Source: an uncultured Candidatus Saccharibacteria bacterium
Lineage (GTDB): Bacteria > Patescibacteriota > Minisyncoccia > Phycocordibacterales > JAACPR01
DNA: 64,000 nt
Direction of reading: 5' to 3'
Assembly: GCA_964538855.1 (NCBI GenBank)
Contig: CAZIEY010000001.1
Coordinates: 314,188-378,187, forward strand
Shown here: in pieces, positions 1 through 10,120 of the stretch
Layout of the letters: every line of letters starts with the position of its first letter
Numbering within the stretch: position 1 is the stretch's first letter
Made by a program: the position numbers and the translations under genes
The notes under the pieces: model-generated
What the model was told of the DNA's origin: nothing
What the model saw: the letters and a program-made list of their open reading frames with translations, nothing else
Databases searched by the model: none

Positions 1-80
1 GGAGCTGGTTTTGTTTTACGATCGTAAAGCAAAAGAAAGTCAAAAATAAACTTTGGTATGTTCTTTGAGGGAGTACGGAC

Positions 81-275
81 ATGGAAGCTGATCCTGTATT
101 GACCAAAGTAGAAGAAATTTTGCGTAAGTATGGATTGAGGATTTATCGGAAAGTTGGCGACAAAATCACTGTCTCTTGTTTACCCGGTAATGCAATTGGT
201 CGAACTGAAAGAGAGGTGATAAGTCAAGAAGTACTTGATGCGACATCGAAAACATTACAATTTAGAAGTTTTTGA
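81..275 (+). CDS. Small hypothetical protein (64 aa)
   Basis: Intact ORF followed by a hairpin terminator. No recognisable motif. Confidence 0.3.
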   Translation: MEADPVLTKVEEILRKYGLRIYRKVGDKITVSCLPGNAIGRTEREVISQEVLDATSKTLQFRSF

Positions 276-301
276 TGTGCACTAATTCACATTACATACT
301 A

Positions 302-333
302 CTCCTCGCCACGATGCGAGGAGTTTTATTTTG
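302..333 (+). terminator. Rho-independent terminator
   Basis: Hairpin ctcctcgccacgatgcgaggag followed by ttttatttt. Confidence 0.55.
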
Positions 334-3153
334 CAAAACCGAACAGGTGCTGCAAATATTTTTGGTATAATTACCTCAATGAATTTTGAAAGCGGAAAAT
401 TTACATCTCCACAGGAAGAACTTTCGTATTTACGAGAGTATATTTCGACTCGCGAAAAAGAAATTGAAAAAGCGGGCGGCAAAATCGAACGTACCGAACA
501 TGTACGTCAAACAGTAAAAGAGTACGCGGAACATACGCCAGAACAAGTGCTCGCCAAAGGTGCACTTGTGCCAGAAAAATTCCGCGACGAAATTGTGCTT
601 CAATTGTCACCAGAAACGCACGACGACAAAATGGCGGAATTAATTTCGCTTGTGTATGAAAAGGGAATCGCAAACGCGCTCGACGTCGTATCGCGTATGG
701 GCAACCCTCACATCGCTGATGACTTTCATCGATTTTTGGTGCAATACATAAAAGAGGGGTATGAAGTGACCGGCTTAAAAGAAAAAACTCCGCTTGCAAA
801 AAACTTGCGCCGCACATTGTTCGAAGTGACATTGTCATACGACAGGGAAGACGAAAGCGACTTCAAACAATTCTGTGTGCACATGGAACAGTTTTATTCT
901 GGTATGTTATCGGTGACCGATTCAGATGCGGACGAATATTTTACAATTGAAATCGCAAATGCAATCGGCAGCAAGGAATTTATTTTTTACATCTCTGTGC
1001 CGGAATATAAAACCGACTTGCTCGAAAAACAATTGATGTCGGTGTTTCCAAACGCAACCTTGAACGAGCAGACAAATGATTTTAATGTGTTCAATGAGCG
1101 CGGGTCTTCAAAAGGTGTATATGTGACGCAAAAAGAGGCACCATTTAATGTGATCCGTGATTCCGAAGAGTTATCGAGTGACCCGATGAAAGTTTTGCTT
1201 AATGTGTTCTCAAAACTTGATGCTGATAGCGAGGCGGCCGCCATTCAAATGGTATTTAAACCAACCGGAGATTTTTACCTCAAACATTACAAATCTGCTC
1301 TCAAAGATTTGGAAAAAGGTGAGAAAAGTCCGAAATCACTCTTTGTTCGCAACACTTTTTCGAGTCGCTTCATGCACGGCTTGTCTGGCATGGCGAAGTC
1401 TATTTCGGAGTTTGCCGCAACTAAAAAGGAGGAAGATAAGCCAGATCCAAAGGTGGACAATCGTCGCGTCGAAAATGTCGAAGCAAAAATCAAAAGCCCG
1501 ATTGTGTCTGCCAATTTTCGTATTGTAGTGTCCGCGGGCAGTGAATCTCGCGCCGAAGCAATTTTGAAAGACTTGGAATCAAGCTTTAATCAATTTGAAA
1601 ATACAGGTGGCAATCGATTTAGATTTGTTGAAATGCGTCCCTCAGCAATCAATAGTTTTTTTAAAGACTTTTCGTTCCGAGAATTTAATCAGAATTATGA
1701 TGTGCCGCTTAACTTGAAGGAAATAGCAACTGTCATGCACTTCCCAGCGGGCGATTCGTTTAATTCTCCAGAAGTGAAGACAAACAAGATGAAGACGTCG
1801 TCAGCGCCACTTGCTATCGCAAAACAGGGCGTGCATTTGGGTACAAACAATCACCGCAATCTGAAAACTGAAATTTACTTTGCACCTGAAGACCGCTTGC
1901 GCCACTTCTATGTCATCGGTCAGACTGGTACTGGTAAGACAAATATTTTGAAGCAAATGATCGTCCAAGACATTCTTGCGGGTGAAGGAGTCTGTTTCAT
2001 TGATCCGCACGGTTCCGACATTCAGGACATCTTGGCAAATATTCCGCCGAGCCGTTATGAGGACGTGATTTATTTCGATCCGTCATCACCGGACCGACCG
2101 ATGGCTTTGAACATGCTTGAATACGACGTACGCAAACCCGAGCAAAAAACATTCGTGGTGAATGAGCTATTTAGTATTTTCCAAAAATTGTACGGCGCGA
2201 ACCCAGAATCAATGGGTCCGATGTTTGAACAATATTTCCGAAACGCGACGATGCTTGTGATCGAGGATCCTGAAACTGGCTCGACATTGCTCGATGTGTC
2301 ACGTGTGATGTCTGATGCGACATTCCGAAATTTGAAATTGTCTCGATGTAAAAATCCAGTCGTCACCACATTCTGGAAAGAAATCGCGACAAAGGCAGGC
2401 GGGGAAGCGTCTCTCGCGAATATCGTGCCGTATATCACAAGTAAATTCGACGTGTTTTTAGCGAACGATATTATGCGACCAATTATCGCACAGGAAAAAT
2501 CTTCGTTCAATTTTCGTGAGATCATGGACAATAAAAAAATTCTCCTCGTCAATTTGTCGAAGGGAAGTTTGGGCGACATCAACTCGCACCTCATCGGTTT
2601 GATTTTGGTTGGCAAGATTTTGATGTCGGCTCTCGCACGTTCCGACAGTATGGACAAGGGTTTTCCGCCATTCTATTTGTATATCGACGAATTCCAGAAC
2701 GTCACCACCGATTCAATTTCAACGATTTTGTCAGAAGCCCGCAAGTACAAATTGTCTCTCAACATTGCGCACCAATTTATCGCGCAGTTGGACGAGAAAA
2801 TTAAAAATTCTGTGTTCGGTAACGTCGGTTCTATGGCGGTATTCCGCGTGGGTGCAGAAGATGCGCAATATCTGGAGACTCAATACAAGCCGAATTTCAT
2901 GGCTCAAGACATCATGAATATTACTAATTTCAATGCGTATGTAAAAATGTTGTCGCACGGTGTCCCTGTCGAACCATTCAACATTTTGGTTCCAAAAGCC
3001 CCAGAAGGGAATCGAGCGCAAATCGCCGACCTCAAACAATTGTCATATCTCAAATTCGGCCGCAATCGCGACGAAATCCAGGCAGAGATTAACAAAAAGT
3101 ACGAAAAGAAACCGACTCCGGCGGATGACTTGGCGAAAAAGTTTGGGTTGTAG
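331..3153 (+). CDS. TrwB/TraD/VirD4-like (type IV coupling protein family) P-loop ATPase with ~500-aa uncharacterised N-terminal domain
   Basis: Walker A GQTGTGKT followed by FIDPHGSD (compare TrwB GTGKS...DPNGD). Walker B LYIDEFQNV. The ORF track starts at TTG 331; an ATG start (MNFESGKF) lies at 379. Confidence 0.5.
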   Translation: MQNRTGAANIFGIITSMNFESGKFTSPQEELSYLREYISTREKEIEKAGGKIERTEHVRQTVKEYAEHTPEQVLAKGALVPEKFRDEIVLQLSPETHDDKMAELISLVYEKGIANALDVVSRMGNPHIADDFHRFLVQYIKEGYEVTGLKEKTPLAKNLRRTLFEVTLSYDREDESDFKQFCVHMEQFYSGMLSVTDSDADEYFTIEIANAIGSKEFIFYISVPEYKTDLLEKQLMSVFPNATLNEQTNDFNVFNERGSSKGVYVTQKEAPFNVIRDSEELSSDPMKVLLNVFSKLDADSEAAAIQMVFKPTGDFYLKHYKSALKDLEKGEKSPKSLFVRNTFSSRFMHGLSGMAKSISEFAATKKEEDKPDPKVDNRRVENVEAKIKSPIVSANFRIVVSAGSESRAEAILKDLESSFNQFENTGGNRFRFVEMRPSAINSFFKDFSFREFNQNYDVPLNLKEIATVMHFPAGDSFNSPEVKTNKMKTSSAPLAIAKQGVHLGTNNHRNLKTEIYFAPEDRLRHFYVIGQTGTGKTNILKQMIVQDILAGEGVCFIDPHGSDIQDILANIPPSRYEDVIYFDPSSPDRPMALNMLEYDVRKPEQKTFVVNELFSIFQKLYGANPESMGPMFEQYFRNATMLVIEDPETGSTLLDVSRVMSDATFRNLKLSRCKNPVVTTFWKEIATKAGGEASLANIVPYITSKFDVFLANDIMRPIIAQEKSSFNFREIMDNKKILLVNLSKGSLGDINSHLIGLILVGKILMSALARSDSMDKGFPPFYLYIDEFQNVTTDSISTILSEARKYKLSLNIAHQFIAQLDEKIKNSVFGNVGSMAVFRVGAEDAQYLETQYKPNFMAQDIMNITNFNAYVKMLSHGVPVEPFNILVPKAPEGNRAQIADLKQLSYLKFGRNRDEIQAEINKKYEKKPTPADDLAKKFGL

Positions 3154-3156
3154 AAG

Positions 3157-3939
3157 TTACACTAAATCCCAAAGATTTTTAAACACCTCTCTCATATCAT
3201 TAGCGAGTGTCGCGTCGTGAATCTCGACCAAATAAAATGGTTGTTTACGTGTATTCACCATAATTAAATAATCTCCAGCAATCCACGTGGTTGAAAGAAA
3301 ATTTCCTGTTTTATTCCAGAATTTGATTGCACGCTGTTTGTATTTCCCAACCATCTTATCTTCGGTAATTGATTGATTGGTGAGAAGCTTTGTCGTTAAT
3401 TCTTTTCCTGATCTTTTCCAATACCAGTCCATTACTTTCGAGTAGTTTTCAACAAAAGTGTGGTCTTGAAAACCGTACCAGGTTGAATTTTTCTCAACGA
3501 TGCTTTTGTGCCATTTCGGAATTTCGTTATAGAAAAAGCTTTCCAATTTATCTTGCTCGACGAAACGTACTTGCGGAACAGAGTACGTTTCCTTTGCGGT
3601 GACACGAGAAAGCTCGGATGCAAATTCACGCAAAAGATTTTCTTTCATACCAAACTTTATTTGCTCATCTTCAATCATGTTTTGAATATCTTCTGATGTT
3701 GCAGGGAGAAAAACTCTCGGTCTTTTGGCTGAATCTTCCACAAGTAGACCCTTATCAACCAGTGTCCGCGCGACATGATACGCAGTTGTTCTCTTAATGC
3801 CAGTTATCTTTCCCAGGGAAGCGGGGGTTGCTCGCCGTGCTTTGAGCACTGCTCTATAAACTTTTACTTCACGGGCCGATAGGTTTAGGACTTCGATTAA
3901 TTTATCGTTCATTTCTGTAGAATACTTTGTTGTCCACAC
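3157..3939 (-). CDS. TrmB-like winged-helix transcriptional regulator
   Basis: N-terminal HTH: LSAREVKVYRAVLKARRATPASLGKITGIKRTTAYHVARTLVDKGLL. Convergent with the ATPase gene. Confidence 0.5.
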   Translation of the reverse strand: MWTTKYSTEMNDKLIEVLNLSAREVKVYRAVLKARRATPASLGKITGIKRTTAYHVARTLVDKGLLVEDSAKRPRVFLPATSEDIQNMIEDEQIKFGMKENLLREFASELSRVTAKETYSVPQVRFVEQDKLESFFYNEIPKWHKSIVEKNSTWYGFQDHTFVENYSKVMDWYWKRSGKELTTKLLTNQSITEDKMVGKYKQRAIKFWNKTGNFLSTTWIAGDYLIMVNTRKQPFYLVEIHDATLANDMREVFKNLWDLV

Positions 3940-3980
3940 ATTGTCAACATATGACCGTCATATATTGACATAAGTATGGA

Positions 3981-5141
3981 GTGATAAGTATAGTATTTGC
4001 CATGATATATAAAATAACTAATTGGTTAATAGGCGGCGCTATTCTTATTGTGTTGGCTTATTTATTCACTATTTCGCAGAGTCGTGTAGTGGAAGATATT
4101 AAGATTGGGTTTGTTCTACCGCTAACGGGGGATGCTGCGACGTATGGAGAGCCGATGAAAAATGCTGCTTCGATTGCGGTTGAAGAAATAAATAAGAGTG
4201 GTGGTATCGACGGGAGAAGAATCGTCGCTATATTCGAGGATAGTAAATGTGAGGGAAAAATTGCTCTTACCGCCGTACAAAAGCTGGTTTCAATCGACAA
4301 TGTAAAGTTGATTAGCGGTTTTACTTGTGCAGAAGATTTACTTTCAGCCTCTCCAGTTCTGGAACAAAATAAAATTTTGGCTCTCGCACCCGGGGCGTCG
4401 AGTCCGCAAGTCACTCTTGCAGGTGATTATATTTTTCAAAATAATCCTTCTGCGACCATAGCCGCAAAGCAGTTGGCTGGGCTTATTATCAAGAAATATA
4501 AAAATATCGCTACTATCAATGAAAAAACTGGGTTTGCGACAGATATTAATGACTATTTCGTCAAAGAATTTAAATCTCTCGGGGGTACTGTCGTGGCTTC
4601 TGAAAGCTACACATCAGATACGCGAGATTTCAGAAACATCGTTACAAAAATAAAGGGTGCAGAACCAGAGGTAATTTTTGTGAATCCTCAGACGGAGATA
4701 TCGGGCGGTGCCATAATTAAGCAAATTAGAGATTTGCAGATAAAAGTCCCTCTCTATGGTATGGATACGATTAGCGGAGAAAAGACTAGAGAAATTGCCG
4801 GCTCTGCGATTGATGGACTGACTATTCTTGCTGTACCAGGTTTGGGTGCTGATAATAAGAAGGCTCACGATTTTCTCGAGAAATATAAAAATCTTTTTGG
4901 CGAACCATCTTTTGATTTGTATATCGGTGCTTCCTACGATTCTGTTTATTTACTCGCGCAGGGGATTCGCGAAGTTGGATACGACGCAACCAAAATTAAA
5001 GACTATCTCTATCAATTGGGGAATTATGACGGAGTGATTGGTAATTACAGTTTTGATCACAATGGCGATCTTGTTGGTATTGATTTTGTTGTGAAGAAAA
5101 TAGTTGGTGGAGAGTTAGTTGAAGAGAGTAGTTCGCAGTAG
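3981..5141 (+). CDS. ABC transporter substrate-binding protein, Leu/Ile/Val-binding (LivJ/LivK-like) family
   Basis: N-terminal signal anchor. IKIGFVLPLTGDAATYGEPMKNAASIAVEEINKSGGIDGRRI is typical of periplasmic binding protein type I. Confidence 0.7.
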   Translation: MISIVFAMIYKITNWLIGGAILIVLAYLFTISQSRVVEDIKIGFVLPLTGDAATYGEPMKNAASIAVEEINKSGGIDGRRIVAIFEDSKCEGKIALTAVQKLVSIDNVKLISGFTCAEDLLSASPVLEQNKILALAPGASSPQVTLAGDYIFQNNPSATIAAKQLAGLIIKKYKNIATINEKTGFATDINDYFVKEFKSLGGTVVASESYTSDTRDFRNIVTKIKGAEPEVIFVNPQTEISGGAIIKQIRDLQIKVPLYGMDTISGEKTREIAGSAIDGLTILAVPGLGADNKKAHDFLEKYKNLFGEPSFDLYIGASYDSVYLLAQGIREVGYDATKIKDYLYQLGNYDGVIGNYSFDHNGDLVGIDFVVKKIVGGELVEESSSQ

Positions 5142-5187
5142 TAGGCGTCGGCTTTGGCAAAGGAGTTTGGATTGTAAGCTTTTAAAA

Positions 5188-5661
5188 TTACTCAAAATCA
5201 GTCATATCCACAATAACCACCTTGGGAACCAACCCGAGCGCACGTTCAATCATAAGCCGCGTATTTCCTGCAACTTTGTGGTATACATCTCCCATTTTCA
5301 TAATGATAGCCACAGGCAAAGCCTCACCGGATTCGAGTGCTGTCTTTTTTGACTCCCACTCACGCTGATTTTGCGAAGCCATATCCGCAACCATTTTCCA
5401 GTCACCTAGTTGTATATCGTACGAATCAGTGTTTTCAAGTTTTGCCCAAATGTCCTCGGTGAGGTCTGTCAATTCAGTTTGTCTTCCTCTCATAACAAAT
5501 TCTCGCACGAAATTTTTTACATTATCTGGTTTAAAAGTAGTTGCAACTCGTTCGATTTCCCCTAATTCATATTCAAACTGCGGCGGGGAATAGTGTCCTT
5601 CGATTGTTCCTGTCTTAGGCGTTTCGTGTCGTTTTGCTGTCATGAATTTATTTTGTACCAC
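5188..5661 (-). CDS. Hypothetical protein
   Basis: 157-aa ORF, start overlapping the stop of the upstream MazG-like gene (ATGA). Confidence 0.4.
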   Translation of the reverse strand: MVQNKFMTAKRHETPKTGTIEGHYSPPQFEYELGEIERVATTFKPDNVKNFVREFVMRGRQTELTDLTEDIWAKLENTDSYDIQLGDWKMVADMASQNQREWESKKTALESGEALPVAIIMKMGDVYHKVAGNTRLMIERALGLVPKVVIVDMTDFE

Positions 5662-5999
5662 TACTTTTGCTTCGCCGCCTCTTTTTTGTCAGCATATCGG
5701 GCCACGATGCTTTTAGAGACGAGGTTAAAGGATTTTTCAATATCGACACCTAATTGATTTGCGAGTCTGCATGTCGCAAAGAATAAATCACCGATGCCGT
5801 CCTCGAACACATCTTTATGTTCTGTGATATATGCCTGCATTTCTCCTGTAGTTTTGTACCGTAAATGTGATGACATTTCGATTAATTCTTCGTGGAGGTG
5901 ATCGAATTTATCAATGTTTGGTTCGTCTACCCAGTTATTACTCTTTGCAAAATCCCTCACAAGTTGTTGTGCCTCTGATATCGTAATTATAGTTGTCAT
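5661..5999 (-). CDS. MazG-like nucleotide pyrophosphohydrolase domain protein
   Basis: Small all-helical protein with an E..E...E..D pattern (HEELIEMSSHL ... EDGIGDLFF) resembling the MazG/HisE fold. Confidence 0.5.
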   Translation of the reverse strand: MTTIITISEAQQLVRDFAKSNNWVDEPNIDKFDHLHEELIEMSSHLRYKTTGEMQAYITEHKDVFEDGIGDLFFATCRLANQLGVDIEKSFNLVSKSIVARYADKKEAAKQK

Positions 6000-6014
6000 G
6001 TGAAAGATTATAGC

Positions 6015-6803
6015 TTATGTCGTCTTCGAAACCAATTTTTTCGAAATCTCCACCAACTTGTCGTGAATCAGTCCGTTTGAAGCAATCAAACCTTTGATTA
6101 CTTGGTCATATTTTTGCTCACCTCCAAATAGGTCTGTGACTTTTCCGCCTGCTTCATCGATAATAATCTTGATTGCCGCGGCGTCATGAAAGGTATTGTG
6201 TGGAAAGATTGCGCATGACAATTCGCCCGCAGCAACGAGCGCCGCAGAGTAGATGAAAGAGTTGAGTTTGAGAGTTTTTACACCCTCCTGTATTTCGAGA
6301 TGGTCAATCAATTTCCCGACGTTATATTGTGCGGTTTTGAAATGTTCGTAACCTGCGACAGATCCTTTGAAAATGTCGAGACTTGATACGTTGATGGGTT
6401 TATCATTGAGAAAAGCACCCTTACCTTTTTCGGCACTAAATAATCGGTCGCTAAACGGATCGTAAACGACGCCAACTATACTTTCGCCGTGATGAACGAG
6501 CGCGAGCGAAAATGTACAAATTGGTATACCGTGCGAAAAGGGGATTGTCCCATCAATAGGATCGCACACCCATAGATATTCAGCATCTTCCTTCAGATTG
6601 CTTTCTTCTTCACCCCAAATACTGTGTGTGGGAAATCGTTCGGTGATCTCTGCAATCAGGAGTGTGTTGATGGTAAGATCAGTCTGTGTAACCGGAGTGC
6701 TGTCACTTTTCCACTCCTTCTTCATGTGTAAGCCAAAGTTTTCCCGAATGATATTGCCGGCTCGTAGCGCAAATTCTTTTGCAAATGTTTGGTATTCTGA
6801 CAT
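6015..6803 (-). CDS. Inositol monophosphatase family protein (SuhB-like)
   Basis: WVCDPIDGTIPFSHGIP and WGEEES motifs of the IMPase family. Confidence 0.8.
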   Translation of the reverse strand: MSEYQTFAKEFALRAGNIIRENFGLHMKKEWKSDSTPVTQTDLTINTLLIAEITERFPTHSIWGEEESNLKEDAEYLWVCDPIDGTIPFSHGIPICTFSLALVHHGESIVGVVYDPFSDRLFSAEKGKGAFLNDKPINVSSLDIFKGSVAGYEHFKTAQYNVGKLIDHLEIQEGVKTLKLNSFIYSAALVAAGELSCAIFPHNTFHDAAAIKIIIDEAGGKVTDLFGGEQKYDQVIKGLIASNGLIHDKLVEISKKLVSKTT

Positions 6804-6895
6804 TGCCTCATTCTAACGCAGATGCTGCGCACCCGCCAGAGAAGCTCGGCTTATAATTTTATTTCCTGTCGCGTAACGCGTGCTATAATTTTCCT

Positions 6896-7348
6896 ATGAA
6901 TTCACGCGGTTTCAGTTTGGCAGAGTTGATTGTGGTTGCGGCCATTATTGGGATTTTGGCAACGATCGGTGTTTCTGCTTTTCTTTCAGCGCGACAATCT
7001 GCCGAGTTCGACAGTGTGAGTGACGGAATTGTTTCAGTATTGGAAAAAGCTCGTGCGGATGCTTTGTCGGGGAAGGGCGGTACAAATTTTGGAGTCAAAT
7101 TCGCCTCCTCGACATATACTGCTTTTATCGGCAATTCATATAATGCTGGTGATTCCACAAATGTTGCGTATCAAGTCTCTAACGGCTTCACCTTGTCGAC
7201 TACACTTGGAGGTGCAGGTAATGTTGTCGTGTTTAATCGTCTCACTGGAACACCAATTGCAACTAGTACCATTACTATCACACGGACGTCGCCCGCAGCA
7301 ACTCGCGCCATCACCGTCGGGAGTCAAGGTAGCTTAACTATTCAATAA
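6896..7348 (+). CDS. Type IV pilin / pseudopilin (prepilin-type N-terminal cleavage/methylation domain)
   Basis: RGFSLAELIVVAAIIGILA: G|F cleavage site with Glu at +5. Confidence 0.75.
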   Translation: MNSRGFSLAELIVVAAIIGILATIGVSAFLSARQSAEFDSVSDGIVSVLEKARADALSGKGGTNFGVKFASSTYTAFIGNSYNAGDSTNVAYQVSNGFTLSTTLGGAGNVVVFNRLTGTPIATSTITITRTSPAATRAITVGSQGSLTIQ

Positions 7349-7349
7349 T

Positions 7350-7844
7350 ATGAATACCGCGCGAAATTTACAAAAAGGTTTTGGAATGGTGGAGATAATT
7401 GTGTCCGCGGCCCTCATTTTGGTGATTGGTGGAGCTGCCGTGGCTGCGTGGACTCAGTATTTGCAGGTGACCACTCGGAGCACGAACTTGACCAAGGCGG
7501 CACTTCTCACTGACGAGGCGGGTGAAGTGCTTGTTATGTTGCGCGACACCAGCTGGACGTCGGAAATTGCGAGTCGCACATTGGGCACGACACATTATTT
7601 GTCGTGGGGCACGACTTCGTATTCTCTCGGGACAACCACGGTGCCATTTCAGAGTCAGGATAATTACGCAGTGAAATTAATTATGAGCGCGGTAAATCGG
7701 GATGGAAGTCGCAACGTTGTTTCGTCGGGTGGAACAGTCGATACGAATACCCGTAAGGTGCAAATCGATGTTGTCCCGATAACTGCGACTTCGACTGTAA
7801 TTTCAACGTCAGAACTTTTACTACACAATGTGTACTCAAATTAA
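7350..7844 (+). CDS. Prepilin-type minor pilin
   Basis: KGFGMVEIIVSAALILVIGG: class III signal with Glu +5. Confidence 0.55.
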   Translation: MNTARNLQKGFGMVEIIVSAALILVIGGAAVAAWTQYLQVTTRSTNLTKAALLTDEAGEVLVMLRDTSWTSEIASRTLGTTHYLSWGTTSYSLGTTTVPFQSQDNYAVKLIMSAVNRDGSRNVVSSGGTVDTNTRKVQIDVVPITATSTVISTSELLLHNVYSN

Positions 7845-8349
7845 AAAAACAACAGGATTCACGTTAATCGAAACACTCTTTTATGTGGTGGGTGCCGTGG
7901 TTTTTCTTGCGCTTATTGTGACAATGTTTACGAGCACAAGAGATTGGTATCGCACCGCGATTATTTATCCGCGCGTTAATCATGATGGGAGTACTATCGT
8001 GACACGAATTGGAAGCGACATTCGATCTGGTGTCACGTTGAACAGTGCGCAGAATGTGTTTGCCACAACAACCGGCGCGATTGGAATTAATGGGCTTGAT
8101 GCGTCACGAACCGCAGTAACTCATCGCTATTATGTACAGAATGGTCGCATTAAGTATCAGCGAAATGGTGGAACCGTAGAGGATGTGAGCCCTGCAAATT
8201 TGTATGTTTCGAAAATGCGATTCGATCAGGTCACTTCGCCAATTTCGACTGGAGTACGATTGGAGTTGAATCTGGATTATGCGACCGAAAACGGGACAAC
8301 CACAAAATCGTACAGTTCGTTTTCAATTTTAAGAAACGCGTATCAATAA
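7828..8349 (+). CDS. Prepilin-type minor pilin
   Basis: TGFTLIETLFYVVGAVVFLAL: class III signal with Glu +5. Confidence 0.65.
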   Translation: MCTQIKKTTGFTLIETLFYVVGAVVFLALIVTMFTSTRDWYRTAIIYPRVNHDGSTIVTRIGSDIRSGVTLNSAQNVFATTTGAIGINGLDASRTAVTHRYYVQNGRIKYQRNGGTVEDVSPANLYVSKMRFDQVTSPISTGVRLELNLDYATENGTTTKSYSSFSILRNAYQ

Positions 8350-8350
8350 C

Positions 8351-10120
8351 ATGAAAAAATTTCTACATACAATTACAAATAGTCGACAGAGCGGGTATGT
8401 GTTGCTTGTGAATATTGTACTATTCACTGCGATTACACTTGTAATTGTGCTTGGTGGAGTGAATCCGATTTTGGCGCAGTATTCGACTGCATCAGGATTG
8501 CTTTCTTCGAAACAATCATATTTGGTATCGCGCAGTGCAGCCGAAGATGCGTGGTATCGTTTGAAGACTAATCAAGATCTGCCTGCTTCAGTTACACTGA
8601 ATCTCGCGTCTGGATCAGCGACAATTTCAACGGCCGACAGCGGGGGTGTTAAAACAATTACGGTCAGTGGTGAGCAGGAATCGTACGAACGAAATTTGGA
8701 AATGAAAGTCAGCACTGGTGCGGGGATTAACTTCAATTATGGTTTGCAAGGAGGGAATGGAGGTATGACGATCAACGGCGGTTCTTCTATTATCGGAAAT
8801 GTGTACGCAAACGGGACAGTGAACGCAATTAGCGCGACTATTACTGGTACTGCGATTGCGGCTGACAGCTCGGCGCTGACCGCGGATGAAGTAAACGATA
8901 CCCCATCGACACCACCAACTTCGACAAATTTTAGAAATGCCGCAGCGACACAGGATTTCGCGCAAAGCTTTCAAGTTTCAAGCACAAATCCCATCAACAA
9001 AGTACAATTTTATATGAAGAAAACCGGTGCGCCTGCGAACGCGACTGTTCGTATTACGACCGACAACGCGGGTTCTCCTGCAAGTACTGCTTTGACTACA
9101 CAGGCTCTCAGTTCAGGTCTTGTGACGACTAGTTATGGTTGGGTTGAAGTAGTTTTTGCAACACCAGTTTCACTTATTCCAGGAGTTACCTATTGGGTGA
9201 TGATTCAAAATGGTTCGCAGAGCGCGAGCGCATATTATACAATCGGAACAAACACGGCTTATACAAATGGTTTGGCAAAGACTGGAAAAAACGGAGGTAC
9301 GTGGAATGCGACGGGTACAGATGGATATTTTAAATTATACACAGGAGGAATCTCGTCATATATCGGCGGTGCGACGTATGTTGGCGGAGTGTCTATTGGT
9401 TCTGCGGGTGTAGGCGATGCGTGGGCGAGTTCGGTCAAAGGTGCTTCGGTGCAAGGAAATTTGTACTGTACAACGGGAACAAATAATAATAAGGCTTGTA
9501 ACACGACACATGGTTTACCACCAGCACTCGGTATGCCATTTTCTGATGGTAATATTCAAGATTGGAAAGACGACGCGGCAGCAGGTGGTAGTCAGAGCAC
9601 AACGACTATTGGGTGGGCTGGCGGAACTTTGGGGCCAAGAAAAATTAATGGGGACCTAACAGTTAATGGTGGGGGAACACTGACTTTGAATGGGCCTTTG
9701 TGGGTGACCGGAAATGTCACTATTACAAATGGTGGTAGAGTGCAAATTCCTGTTGGTTACGGTGCAAATAGCGAAAGTATTGTTGCAGATGGAACAATTA
9801 CCGTGAGTGGTGGTGGGTCGGCCGGTTCCGGAACGAGCGGTAGTCATTTGTTCATGGTCTCTACAAGCCGATGTCCAAACGACGCTGGTTGTTCTGGTGC
9901 AAGTGCAATAACTATTACAGGCGGTGCTGGTGCAATTGCTGCAGCCGCCCAGGAAGGGAACGTAGCTCTCAGTGGTGGTGCCGCGATAAAGGCGGTGGTT
10001 GGAAATTCTATCTCAGTAACAGGAGGAAGCACGGTGACCTATGACAGCGGTCTCGCGAGTCCAAGCTTCACAAGTGGTCCGTCAGGAGGATATGTATTGC
10101 AGTCGTGGGTTGAGAATTAA
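8351..10120 (+). CDS. Large pilus-associated protein (PilX/tip-adhesin-like), Gly/Thr-rich
   Basis: N-terminal pilin-like TM (SGYVLLVNIVLFTAITLVIV) without Glu5. C-terminal Gly-rich repeats (GGGTLTLNGPLWVTGNVTITNGG...) suggest a beta-helix. Last gene of the pilin operon. Confidence 0.5.
   Translation: MKKFLHTITNSRQSGYVLLVNIVLFTAITLVIVLGGVNPILAQYSTASGLLSSKQSYLVSRSAAEDAWYRLKTNQDLPASVTLNLASGSATISTADSGGVKTITVSGEQESYERNLEMKVSTGAGINFNYGLQGGNGGMTINGGSSIIGNVYANGTVNAISATITGTAIAADSSALTADEVNDTPSTPPTSTNFRNAAATQDFAQSFQVSSTNPINKVQFYMKKTGAPANATVRITTDNAGSPASTALTTQALSSGLVTTSYGWVEVVFATPVSLIPGVTYWVMIQNGSQSASAYYTIGTNTAYTNGLAKTGKNGGTWNATGTDGYFKLYTGGISSYIGGATYVGGVSIGSAGVGDAWASSVKGASVQGNLYCTTGTNNNKACNTTHGLPPALGMPFSDGNIQDWKDDAAAGGSQSTTTIGWAGGTLGPRKINGDLTVNGGGTLTLNGPLWVTGNVTITNGGRVQIPVGYGANSESIVADGTITVSGGGSAGSGTSGSHLFMVSTSRCPNDAGCSGASAITITGGAGAIAAAAQEGNVALSGGAAIKAVVGNSISVTGGSTVTYDSGLASPSFTSGPSGGYVLQSWVEN

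Noticed and set aside
401-838. 145-aa minus-strand ORF plus several other minus-strand ORFs inside 331-3153
   Set aside because: They overlap the T4CP-like ATPase gene, which has recognisable Walker motifs. No independent support.
8627-8974. 115-aa and other small ORFs antisense to the pilus-associated gene 8351-10120
   Set aside because: They are embedded in a longer, motif-supported gene and have a low-complexity Arg/Cys-rich translation.
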